Shown here: piece after piece, positions 52,679 to 62,272 of the stretch
How the letters are laid out: every line of letters starts with the position of its first letter
How positions within the stretch are numbered: position 1 is the first letter of the stretch
NCBI GenBank assembly: GCA_963801815.1
Contig: CAWDGJ010000006.1
Coordinates: forward strand, 94,416 to 158,415
DNA length: 64,000 nt
Direction: 5' to 3'
Source of the DNA: an uncultured Verrucomicrobiae bacterium
GTDB taxonomy: Bacteria > Verrucomicrobiota > Verrucomicrobiia > Chthoniobacterales > UBA10450
The notes under the pieces: model-generated
Database searches by the model: none
What the model saw: only the letters and a program-made list of their open reading frames with translations
What the model was told of the DNA's origin: nothing
Translations under genes and position numbers: made by a program

Positions 52679-52798
52679 GTCTAACCAAGCGATGAAGCGA
52701 ATCGCCACCGATTAGAAATCACTTTCTGTGATTACACAAGTTCACTTCGATTCCGCTTCGCTCCCAGTGGCGATTCGCTTATCTTGTTCTCGTTAGGC
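52679..52798 (+). repeat. attC-like site B2
   Basis: GTCTAAC CAAGC GATGAAGC ... GCTTATC TTGTTCTC GTTAGGC. Confidence 0.9.
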
Positions 52799-52808
52799 CT
52801 CATCAAAT

Positions 52809-53213
52809 ATGAATACGATTACAGATATTGAAACACTCTACGCACGCTTAGGCGAACGCGACTACGAAGCAGTGATGTCGTATTTGGCTGACGACATTGT
52901 CTGGATCGTGGCTGACAATTCGCCGTTGGCGGACCGCAGCCCGTATCACGGGATAGCGGCGGTGCGCACGGGCATTTTCGAACGCTTAACGGCGGGTTTT
53001 GACAAACTCGTCTTTAACGTGGACGAGATCTTTGAGTGCAACGGCGGCGAGAGAGTTGTGGCTCTCGGCTACTATTACTTCAGATTTCACGGGCAAGGCC
53101 AGGAACGCAAAGCGCAGGTCGCCCACGTCTGGACGATCCGCGACGGTCGGGCCGTAAAATTCCAGCAATATCTCGACACGCTCCAAGTCGCACGTGATGC
53201 GGGAGCTGTCTAA
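52809..53213 (+). CDS. cassette B3: SnoaL/NTF2-like protein
   Basis: LADDIVW...YHG...AHVWTIRDGRAVKFQQYLDT. Confidence 0.88.
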   Translation: MNTITDIETLYARLGERDYEAVMSYLADDIVWIVADNSPLADRSPYHGIAAVRTGIFERLTAGFDKLVFNVDEIFECNGGERVVALGYYYFRFHGQGQERKAQVAHVWTIRDGRAVKFQQYLDTLQVARDAGAV

Positions 53214-53238
53214 GGCTCCATGCACGTTCCACCGAAAG

Positions 53239-53361
53239 ACCTAACCGTGCGATGGAGCGAACGGCGGACCGCTGTACGCTCCACTTTGAGATGACTTCCA
53301 CAATTCTACTCCGCGCAGCGCGCGCCCTCGTCCGCCGTCGCTCATCTTGTTCTCGTTAGAT
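53239..53361 (+). repeat. attC-like site B3
   Basis: ACCTAAC CGTGC GATGGAGC ... GCTCATC TTGTTCTC GTTAGAT. Confidence 0.9.
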
Positions 53362-53398
53362 GTTGTGAGCGCACACCATTTTCACTAGACCATTCCCC

Positions 53399-53716
53399 AT
53401 GTCGAAAGTCATTCTCGGTCTGATCGCTGGTGTCGTATTCGGAGCGTTGGATGTCGGCCTTATGCTACCGATGTCTTTCCCCGATAAGACGACGGCTTTG
53501 CTCGGCGCATTTGCCAGTCGCTTCGCCATTGGCTTCGTCATTGGTTGTGTCCAGTTACCTGGCTGGCCGGGTTGGCTTGTCGGACTGTTGTTTGGCCTGC
53601 TCATCAGCCTTCCCGATGCGATTATCACACACAAATACGTTCCTATTCTTGTCCTTGGCGGCATCGGCGGCCTTGTTATTGGCGGTCTCATCCACGGGTG
53701 GCGAGCCCACATCTAA
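53399..53716 (+). CDS. cassette B4: small 4-TM membrane protein
   Basis: Gly-rich TM helices; stop in R''. Confidence 0.8.
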   Translation: MSKVILGLIAGVVFGALDVGLMLPMSFPDKTTALLGAFASRFAIGFVIGCVQLPGWPGWLVGLLFGLLISLPDAIITHKYVPILVLGGIGGLVIGGLIHGWRAHI

Positions 53717-53834
53717 CCATGCGATGGAGCGAATGCCGGACCGGTCTGTGTCCCCATTTTGAAATGACTTCCACCCATTCACTTCGAGCGACGCGCGCTC
53801 TTGCTCGCGGCGGCTCATCTTGGTCTCGTTAGGT
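53711..53834 (+). repeat. attC-like site B4
   Basis: ATCTAAC CATGC GATGGAGC ... GCTCATC TTGGTCTC GTTAGGT. Confidence 0.88.
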
Positions 53835-53884
53835 TCCCATAACGCCATGACCGCGCTTTCGCCTCAATTAATAAGGAGACCCCA

Positions 53885-54718
53885 ATGAGTACCGTCCGCC
53901 GTGTGAGCTACGTCTTTCTCTGCATCGTCCCGTTTCTGAATTTTGCTGTTGTCGGCGTGCGCGCCTTTCGCGTCCCAGGAGTCTATCAGATGGTGGGAGT
54001 AGCATACTTTGCCGCGATGGCCTTTGCGGCATGGACCTTGGGTGCACGGGCCATCATGGCCAGCGCGGAGCGGGAGCGAAGATTGGCGCTCGCGGGGATG
54101 TTACTCATGGTGCCATCTACTCTCGTGGCGCTCCTGTGGGTGGGACTGGGTCCTCCCTGGCTGGCAACGCCGGTGGAGAACCGTATGCGGTATCTGGTTC
54201 TCCTTATCGATTCGATTGCCGTTACAGGGGGATTCGTGGTGTTCGAGCAGGCGCTCCAGGAAGCGGACGAACGTTTCTATTCAACCCTCGGGACCGCTTT
54301 GGCCGTTCTAGCCGGTGCTGCTTATCTCGTGTGGAATTGCTTGTTTCTCGGCGTTTACGTTTTGAAGGCGCGCGGTGAACAAACTCCCGGTGCGTTTGTA
54401 TCGCTCGGTGATTCCTTCGACGCGTTGCTATTCATCGCGTGCATCCTGACTTATCTTGCCACGCTGACCTTCGCAGTATGCATGGGGCGAGTCCGCTGGC
54501 TCCGGCCTGGTGCGACACGTGCCTACGTGATCGCAACCCTACTCTGCTTGCTCCTGATTGTGATCAGAGGGTTGTCTTACCCTGACCCAACAGCAAGCTC
54601 CGCTCCGTGGTATTTCAACGTCGGCTTTATTGTCGGGATTCCAGCTGTGCCATGGATCATGCCTTATCTATTCGGGGTGGTATTGCTGCGCCGCGCCGGC
54701 CAGACGCAAACAGCCTAA
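53885..54718 (+). CDS. cassette B5: multi-pass membrane protein
   Basis: AAGGAG RBS; about 8 TM helices; stop in R''. Confidence 0.8.
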   Translation: MSTVRRVSYVFLCIVPFLNFAVVGVRAFRVPGVYQMVGVAYFAAMAFAAWTLGARAIMASAERERRLALAGMLLMVPSTLVALLWVGLGPPWLATPVENRMRYLVLLIDSIAVTGGFVVFEQALQEADERFYSTLGTALAVLAGAAYLVWNCLFLGVYVLKARGEQTPGAFVSLGDSFDALLFIACILTYLATLTFAVCMGRVRWLRPGATRAYVIATLLCLLLIVIRGLSYPDPTASSAPWYFNVGFIVGIPAVPWIMPYLFGVVLLRRAGQTQTA

Positions 54719-54842
54719 CCAGGCGATGCAGCCAATCGCTCTCCAGCATTGTGTTTTCGATGTTGTTGCTCTCGACTAGTGTGATTCAACCGGCTGCCAC
54801 TTGCGCGTCCCAGAGCGCTGGCTCACCTTGTTCTCGTTAGGC
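54713..54842 (+). repeat. attC-like site B5
   Basis: GCCTAAC CAGGC GATGCAGC ... GCTCACC TTGTTCTC GTTAGGC. Confidence 0.88.
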
Positions 54843-54863
54843 TCACAGCTATCCCGATATGTC

Positions 54864-55700
54864 ATGAACGCACAAACCATTGGCAAGTTCTCGTTACTTA
54901 TCGCTTGCCTCAGCGGTGTCAGTTGTCACAGACCGAGTGCTCACGTAGAGGCGGCGTCGTTTCGAATCATCGCGACGGACGCTGGCTTCGAAGCTCCCGA
55001 TTCAGTCCCGGCAGGAATGCGTCACATTAACTACGAGAACCATGGCTCTGAAATTCACGAGGCTATGCTCGTAAAATTAGCGCAAGGCATGACCGCGAAT
55101 GATTACGTCGCTGCTGTTCGCGCGGGGTCTGACTTTCCTGCGGGTGCGCTGGATTATTCCGGGCCGGGTTTAACTTCGCCGGGAGAAAGGGTGGAGGTTT
55201 GGTCGAAGCTGGATCCGGGTAACTATATTGTTATCTGCTGGAACGCTGGACACGCCACGACAAGGAAGCCGCATCCCTTTACCGTGCAATACACCATCGC
55301 AGATGATGCACCGCCGAAGGAGGATGTTGTGCTAAAGCTACGCGATTACCGGTTCGAGCTAACAGGTCAATTGCGCAAAGGCATGCAGACTATCCGGGTG
55401 GAAACACCCGGGCCTTCCATGCACGAGGTCGATATTTTCCGCCTGCATGAAGGCAAGACGGCGGCGGATGTGCGACGCTGGCGCAAAGAAGACGAAGGCG
55501 GTCCGGCCCAGGCTGATGCCATGGGAGGCATGCTCGATAGTCATGATATCCATCGAGTAGGTTGGTTGCGCAAAAACTTCACTCCCGGTCGCTACGTCCT
55601 CCACTGTGCAATGCCGGTGACTGCTACTCCGCAAACGACCAATCAGAAAATCACGCACGCCGATGTTGGCATGGTTCAGGAGATCGAGATCAAGGAATGA
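54864..55700 (+). CDS. cassette B6: lipoprotein with two cupredoxin-like domains
   Basis: N.G.E.HE...LDPGNY...C...H and HE...PGRYVLHC...H...GM. Confidence 0.7.
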   Translation: MNAQTIGKFSLLIACLSGVSCHRPSAHVEAASFRIIATDAGFEAPDSVPAGMRHINYENHGSEIHEAMLVKLAQGMTANDYVAAVRAGSDFPAGALDYSGPGLTSPGERVEVWSKLDPGNYIVICWNAGHATTRKPHPFTVQYTIADDAPPKEDVVLKLRDYRFELTGQLRKGMQTIRVETPGPSMHEVDIFRLHEGKTAADVRRWRKEDEGGPAQADAMGGMLDSHDIHRVGWLRKNFTPGRYVLHCAMPVTATPQTTNQKITHADVGMVQEIEIKE

Positions 55701-55702
55701 TT

Positions 55703-55824
55703 GCCTAACCATGCGATGGAGCGAACTGGCCGCTGCGCGGCAAGGTTGAAGGATGAATGATGAAGGCTGAAATGGAAACAGATCGCGCCATCGCCTGCGG
55801 TGGCTTATCTTATTCTCGTTGGGC
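55703..55824 (+). repeat. attC-like site B6
   Basis: GCCTAAC CATGC GATGGAGC ... GCTTATC TTATTCTC GTTGGGC. Confidence 0.88.
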
Positions 55825-55840
55825 CTTTGGAGAACTCTAC

Positions 55841-56308
55841 ATGAGACGAGCACTCTTTATAGCTGTCCTCGTCCTTACAGTAGCCCCTATGGGCGAAGGG
55901 CAAAAGGAGAGCGCGAGGGGCAATCACCAAACAAGTGTCGAGGAGGTCATCAGGAAACTGGATAACGAACGCATCCAAGCACAGATTCATGCCGATGCGA
56001 CGGCCCTTGAGCGCATCTACGCTGCTGATTTCATAGGCGTAGGGCCAAGTGGCAGAGTGAGAACCAAGCCGCAGGTGATTTTAGATTTCACGTCAGGCGA
56101 TTTGAAATTTCAATCTATCACCACCGACGAGGTTCAGGTGCGCGTCTACGAAAACACGGCGGTGGAGACTGGCCTCTCAACGATGGTTGGGCAAGACAAA
56201 GGCAAAACTGTCCCCCGCGACACTCGCTTTACCAGGGTATGGATAAAGCAGCAAGGGCACTGGCGGTTGGTTGCCAACCACTACTCGTTACGGATTAGGC
56301 AGCAATAA
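55841..56308 (+). CDS. cassette B7: DUF4440/NTF2-like secreted protein
   Basis: D...LERIYAADF...VRVYENTAV.TG...RFTRVW.KQ.G.WRLV. Confidence 0.85.
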   Translation: MRRALFIAVLVLTVAPMGEGQKESARGNHQTSVEEVIRKLDNERIQAQIHADATALERIYAADFIGVGPSGRVRTKPQVILDFTSGDLKFQSITTDEVQVRVYENTAVETGLSTMVGQDKGKTVPRDTRFTRVWIKQQGHWRLVANHYSLRIRQQ

Positions 56309-56344
56309 CGTAGAGTGACGGGGCCATGATCGTCGTTACAGCAC

Positions 56345-56519
56345 GCCTAACCAAGCGCTGAAGCCAACTCCGAAAGCCTTCGCGAGCAGGCAGCCGGCCG
56401 CTGCGCGGCAATGCTAAGAAAGTTGAGGGTTGATAGTTGATAGTTGAGAGCACAGCAAAGCTCGCAAAAGTTTATCCGCCGCGGCGGACTCGCGGTCGCT
56501 CAGTTTATTCTCGTTAGGC
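56345..56519 (+). repeat. attC-like site B7 (expanded by insertions)
   Basis: GCCTAAC CAAGC GCTGAAGC ... GCTCAGT TTATTCTC GTTAGGC, 175 bp. Confidence 0.8.
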
Positions 56520-56730
56520 CGCGAACCGGCATGGTGTTGAAACGAAAAGGAAAGCGCGGCATCGCTCGCCTCAGCACAATACCGCGCTTTATTCGTGACC
56601 GACCATCGTCACTTGGGAGAAACCCACTCCAGGGATTTCTCTGTTCCAGGCCAGAGAACGAAAGCACCCGAAATGCCGCTCGCTGGGTTTCGAGGCTTTT
56701 ACGCGCCTGTTTTGCCGAAAAAATGCGGCG

Positions 56731-57003
56731 TTAAGGCTTGCCCGGAGACGGGCTTGGGTCCGATTTCCAACGGTGTTCTAACGATCCATCGTTGCCGACA
56801 GCGGAACTGGCGCCACTTCGCGCCGGCGCGGGTGCGGCGGCCGGCGCTTGTTCCGCCGTGGCAACCCGGTCTCGACTGATGTTCGGCGGCGGCGTGCTGC
56901 TGCTACCGAAGCTCGGGCACATGTTCATCAAATCGTTCGGCCCATACCCGAGATAAAACGCAACAACCGCTCCGACTAACACCATCGCGATGAATCCTTT
57001 CAT
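56731..57003 (-). CDS. hypothetical protein
   Basis: N-terminal TM helix; low-complexity tail. Confidence 0.55.
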   Translation of the reverse strand: MKGFIAMVLVGAVVAFYLGYGPNDLMNMCPSFGSSSTPPPNISRDRVATAEQAPAAAPAPARSGASSAVGNDGSLEHRWKSDPSPSPGKP

Positions 57004-57077
57004 TTCGTTTCCAAAAAAAGCAGCATCTGAGCCAACGGTCGGCAGTTGACCGCGCGAAATGGTTTTTCGCGGCGACT

Positions 57078-57896
57078 CTAGAAGTTCCCCAGTTGACGAA
57101 ACCAGCGAAGCGCGAGTTGCACCTGCGCAGGATCGACTTCGTGACCGCCGTCGAACGATTCGACCCGGACACGTTTGAATCCGGTATTCACCAATGATGC
57201 GCGGACGTGTTCATGTTTCCAAGGGGGCGCGGTCGAATCCCCGGTGCCGCTGCTGAGCCAGATCGGGATGTTTAAAAAACTGGGCGGTGGATTATACCGC
57301 TTGTAGGCGAGGGTGATTTGATCGTCGTTTATCCCCGCCAGGAAAAGACCGCAAATCCTGACCGCCTGCGCGCTCGCGAGCATGGCGGCCATGTAACCGC
57401 TTCGCTTCGCGCCGCCGGAAAATCCGGCAAACGCAACCGGCCAGCGCATCGATTGCGGCCAGTTCTTGTGCATCATTTCAATGGCAGCGGCCAGAAGACC
57501 AAGCCGCCACGAATCCGAATCATCGCGGGGTGAAATCGTGGCATCGGTCGCGAGCACGACCCAGCCCTCGGCCATGCCCGGTTCCTGATAGAACGGCGCG
57601 TCCATCAGATTGGTGCGACGATTGTCCGCGGTTGATATGACGATTAGAATCGGCCACGTCCGCGCGGGATCGAATCTCTTTGGAAAACTGACTAACGCGT
57701 GGCCGGTAGTCGGCCGCGGATTACCGCCGGCGGCGGCGTAATCCTGGAAATGTGGGCTGACCGGGAACTTGATATCGAGCGTTGCGCCCGGGCGCACCGG
57801 TTGACCCAAAAGCGTGGCGCTTTTGCAAACCGTCGCGCTGAGACACGAGAGAAGGAGAACTGCGACGAACTGAAAGATGCGAGTGCCCCGGTCCAT
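57078..57896 (-). CDS. secreted alpha/beta hydrolase-like protein
   Basis: AGFSGGA nucleophile motif, SSG.GD and FDGGHE. Confidence 0.7.
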   Translation of the reverse strand: MDRGTRIFQFVAVLLLSCLSATVCKSATLLGQPVRPGATLDIKFPVSPHFQDYAAAGGNPRPTTGHALVSFPKRFDPARTWPILIVISTADNRRTNLMDAPFYQEPGMAEGWVVLATDATISPRDDSDSWRLGLLAAAIEMMHKNWPQSMRWPVAFAGFSGGAKRSGYMAAMLASAQAVRICGLFLAGINDDQITLAYKRYNPPPSFLNIPIWLSSGTGDSTAPPWKHEHVRASLVNTGFKRVRVESFDGGHEVDPAQVQLALRWFRQLGNF

Positions 57897-58053
57897 AAAT
57901 ATAATCAATCTAGAGTGAGACGATTTGTCTAATCGGTACTAAATCGCACGCGCCACTGAATTTTTTTCTCGTCTTCACGCGGTGCCTTGCTACAGAATTG
58001 ATCCCGGACCGTAAAAGGTTCGTAATTCAGTTCCCCCAACTTGCCGTTCCCCC

Positions 58054-59795
58054 ATGGCCAAGCCCAGACGCATTATCGCTCTCAATCTCGGGTCGCAAAC
58101 GATCGGCCTCGCGGAATTTCGAACGAAGCCGTCAGGCGGATTGGTTCTTCACAAGTACGGACTGCGCGAAGCGCTAATCAACCCGGCGAATCCGAAACTC
58201 GATGAGGCAGAGTTAGCCTGCTTGCGCGAACTGATTGCCGAACTTCAAGTTCAGCACTGCCAGATAAGCTACTCGATCGCCCCACAGTCGGCTTTCACGC
58301 GTTTCGTGAAATTGCCGGCTATTGAAGAAGAAAAAATCCAGCGAATCGTGGCTTTCGAAGCGCAACAGAATGTTCCGTTTCCAATCGACGAAGTGGTCTG
58401 GGATTACCAACTCCTCAGTGGCGGAAAAGATGAGCAAATTGAGGTCGTCCTCGTCGCGATCAAGGCCGATCTCCTGAATGAGATCAATAGAGATGTCGAA
58501 GAAACCGGATTGCGAACGGCGATTGTCGATGTCGCAACGATGGCGCTCTACAACGCATTTCGTTACAACTACGCGGGATTGGCCGGTTGCTCGTTGCTCG
58601 TGGATATCGGCGCGCGCACGACCAATCTGCTGTTCATTGAACCGCAGAAGAATCTTCTTCGCGCAGCATTCCAATTGGCGGCAGTTCGGTCACCGCGGTG
58701 ATTTCAAAGGAATTCAGTGAGCCGTTCGCGGCGGCGGATTTTCGGAAAAAGCGGGACGGCATTGTCAGCGTTAGTCGCGCGGATGCCGAACCGACTGATC
58801 CCGAGGTAAGGCGAGTTTCCGAACTGATGCGAAGCGTGATAACGCGGCTTCATGCAGAAGTGATGCGTTCGATCAGCCATTATTGCGAGCAACAACAGGG
58901 TAACGCGCCACAACGTCTGTTTTTGTGCGGTGGGACGGCCATTGCACGCTTCGTCCGGGAGTTCTTTCGTGAAAAACTACAAGCTGCCGGTCGAATTTTT
59001 TAATCCGCTTCGAAATGTGACTGTCGCGACGGCGGCGCCAGTTGAAGAAGGTGGCGCGTTCGGCGCATTTGCTCGGGGAACTGGTCGGTCTGGCCTTGCG
59101 ATCAATGAGCGATTGTCCGATGTCGCTCAACTTGCGACCGGCGGTCGTCGCGCGAAGGCAGGAACTTGAACGACGACGGCCGTTTTTTGTAATGGCAGCG
59201 GCGGCGATCGTCCTGGCGGTTTTTGGGTGGGGCTTTTACTGCGCACGCGCTGCCCAGGTGATCCACGCTGGCGCGGACAGAATCAAGAAGATCAACACGC
59301 CGATGCGCGCAGCTGAGGAAAAGATCGACAAGCTGCGCCAACAGGCGGGCGTTCTGGACGCCGTGACCGTGCCACTCGTCGCCGCGATTAACGATCGGTT
59401 TTTCTGGGTGCAACTTCTCGAAGACCTAAACGCGCGCCTACCAAAGGAAGACATTTGGATCACCGAACTCATGCCGACTTCCGGCGGAAAACCCGTTGAT
59501 TTCGAGGACAAACATGCGATCGAGCCTGCGCCCGCCCAGACGTCACCTGGATCGAAACCAGAGGTCCCGCCGGGCCGGTCATCGACGGTCTGCTGTTGCG
59601 CGGTCTCTATTTATATAATCCCAAGCAGCAGGAGGTGGTCGTCGACTACTTCCGGAACCTGGTTGGCTCGCCGTTTTTCAACGTCGATCCGAATAATCAG
59701 GCGCGCGCGATCAAGTCCACCATCCCAGACAACACGGCGTGGGCTTTTCCTTACGAGCTTCATCTCGATTTAAGAAGCCGGTGAAGTTGCCATGA
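58054..59795 (+). CDS. pilM: PilM-PilN-like pilus assembly protein (Amuc_1101-like), several frameshifts
   Basis: FTRFVKLP, FEAQQNVPFPIDEVVWDY, VDIGARTTN and LCGG; then TM helix and IWITEL (PilN-like). Confidence 0.8.
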
Positions 59796-60686
59796 ATTGG
59801 TATCAGCGAAAATCGCTGGCTCGGAAATTTCTTGGCTGCGTTTGGGGCGAGGCTTGCTTCTCGCGGTCTGGTTTTTGTTTCATGCCCAAAGGCGAATTTT
59901 CGGAGACGCGTCTGCGCAGTTCAACGAGGTTGCGACCGAGCGCATCCGTCTGGAGCATCTCAATCCTTTTCCAAACGAGGAAAATTTTCGGCAAGACCCA
60001 GGCTGCGTCTCGAAAATTACGGCACAACTCTCAATAAGACCAAAGAGGAATTGAAAACCCAGGTCGTGCCGTTGACGCCGCTCGCGCCGAACGAATTTCA
60101 GTCGCGATCTGCGCCAGGCGATCTTCAATGTCGACTGAAAGAGCCCGCGACGAATCGGGTGAAACTTCCGGAGAATTTTCATCTTGGGTTCGATGAATTT
60201 ACGCCGCCGTTGCCTGACACGGCGGCTTCGCCGCTTCTCGGCCAGCAACTCGGCCAGGTGGAATTGCTGGTGAACATTTTGATCGACAACAGTGGACGCG
60301 ATCACGAATCTGAAACGGCCGACCGCTCCACCGGACCGTGCCGGCTTCCAATCCCGGTGACGGGCAAGCCTCGCGAGGAGCCGCGCAACGAATCGCCAAA
60401 GTAATCGAACGATCGGCTTGTCGATATTGCTCTTCACGGCGTCGCCGAGCGCGCTGCGAAAGGTTTTGAATCAGATCGCGAGCTTCGACCGGCAATTTTT
60501 TATCGTTCGCACACTGCACGTCCACAACGAGCGGCAAGAAGGACCGTCGCGAGAGCCGGCGCTAGCGTGCCAGGCTCGAACCTGCGTCCAATGCGGCGAC
60601 TTCCCCGAGCGCGATCAAATTTATTGTCGGCAACGAACACGTGGAAGCGGCGGCGATCAGTGGAACTGGTGCGATTCACTTTTTGA
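59792..60686 (+). CDS. Amuc_1100-like pilus-system protein, several frameshifts
   Basis: LAPNEFQ, VKLPENFHLGFDEF, LLGQQL and RKVLNQI...FFIVRTL pieces; position between PilM-like and Amuc_1099-like genes. Confidence 0.6.
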
Positions 60687-60721
60687 GATGAGATGACGAG
60701 CGAAAGATGCGGTGGAAGTCC

Positions 60722-61309
60722 GGGGAGCGCACGCGCCTCGCGTGCTCTTTCCGGCGCCTCGCCGGAAGGGTCTGAACCAGGAGTTCAGATACTCCAAACG
60801 CAAGCTGCCACATTTCGAAAGGCCATGGGCGAAGTACGCTATCGCTTTTCCACATATCAGCGGCGAGTACTCTCGACCGCAGAGGACGAGAATATTGCTG
60901 CTACGAAGCGCTTGCTACGGTCATGAACATCTGCAATACGAACTGTATGTGGCTTGCGTAATGCCCGACCACGTGCATCTGCTATTCGAGCCCAAGTTAA
61001 TGGACGAAAGACGGAGCATGATGAATCAATCTTCTGGCCACTGACGGAAATTCTGCACGGCATTAAGTCGTCGACGCTCATCGGATTAACAAATTACGCG
61101 GGGAGACATGGTCCGGTGTGGGAAAGAGAAGTCATTTGATCGATTGATTCGATTCGGAATCTGATTTGAAGAGAAGTTTCGTACATCTTGCGGAATCCGT
61201 GGGATTCGGGCGTTGCTCGACCGCTAATTCGGATTATCCGTGGCTTTGGACGCATGAAGTGTCTTCGGCGGGGGCACCGAAGACTGCACGCGAGGCGCGT
61301 GCGCTCCCC
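60722..61309 (+). mobile_element. RAYT/Y1 transposase (frameshifted) bounded by 24-bp perfect inverted repeats
   Basis: R.KLPHF, VMPDHVHLL, ILHGIKS, VWERE, RNPW; IRs at 60722-60745 and 61286-61309. Confidence 0.8.
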
Positions 61310-61314
61310 AACCT

Positions 61315-62240
61315 ATGAATTACTGCGCGAATATTATGAACGGGTGCTGTTAATTGCAGCGGCGGCGGTGCTTTTCATTTGCTCGATTTTTATTTGGAAA
61401 GACGCGATCGAACTTCGGTTCGCAATTCGGCGTGATGCCGCCGGCGCCAGCGCAAAGAATTGCATCGCCATTGGCGAAGGCCCAGGAGCTCGATGCCGCG
61501 ATCGAAAAATTGCATCAACCGCCGCAATGGACATTTGGCGGCCGATCGGGCTTGTTCGTCCCGGAAAAACATTTTATCGGCGCGAACGGTCTTCCGGCGA
61601 CCCTCCAAACCACGCGAAGTCCATCCGCCGGTTCCAAACGAATGGCTGGAGCAATTTGGATTGCCGATCGCCGACTGCCGACGTGCTCGAGCAGGATCCC
61701 GACAACGACGGATTCAATAATTTGGACGAATGGGCGGGCCACACCAATCCGACCGACCCGAATTCGCATCCCGAGTATTACACGAAACTCAAACTCAAAT
61801 CGGCCACCGAGGAGCCGTTTCGTCTGGTGTTTTCGTCGTGGGTTGGCGACACCTTTGCCATCAACACCATCGACATGAAACAGCCGACCCAGTTTGTAAA
61901 AGTCGGCGACTCGATCAAGGGAACGCGTTTCAAAGTCACGAAGTTTGTCGAGAAATATCAGCCGAATAAATACGGCACGAATGTCGATGTTTCCGAGCTG
62001 ACCCTCGAACAAGATGAAACCCATCAGCAGCTCACGTTGGTGAAAGAAAAGGTGGCGATGTCGCCGGAGTCGGTCGCGACGTTCGTTTATACCTGGGGCG
62101 GGCGTCAGGAATTCTCAGGTGCGAAACGATCAGGAATTTTCATTGAAACCGCAGGAGCAGATCAAATATAAACTGATCGAGGTTGGACCGACCAAAGCGG
62201 TGATCGTGAACTCACAGCGGAGCGGGTGAGCCGATCGAAA
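61315..62240 (+). CDS. Amuc_1099-like pilus-system protein, frameshifted
   Basis: HPPVPNEWL, DPDNDGFNNLDEW..HTNPTDPNSHP. Confidence 0.65.
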
Positions 62241-62272
62241 TTGGACCGCTTCAACCATTGACCGTTCCACCC

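Larger units (their letters stand above)
51647..56519 (+). mobile_element. integron-like gene cassette array 2 (CALIN-like; 7 cassettes)
   Basis: Seven ORFs each followed by an attC-like site of the same family as array 1; no intI adjacent. Confidence 0.92.
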
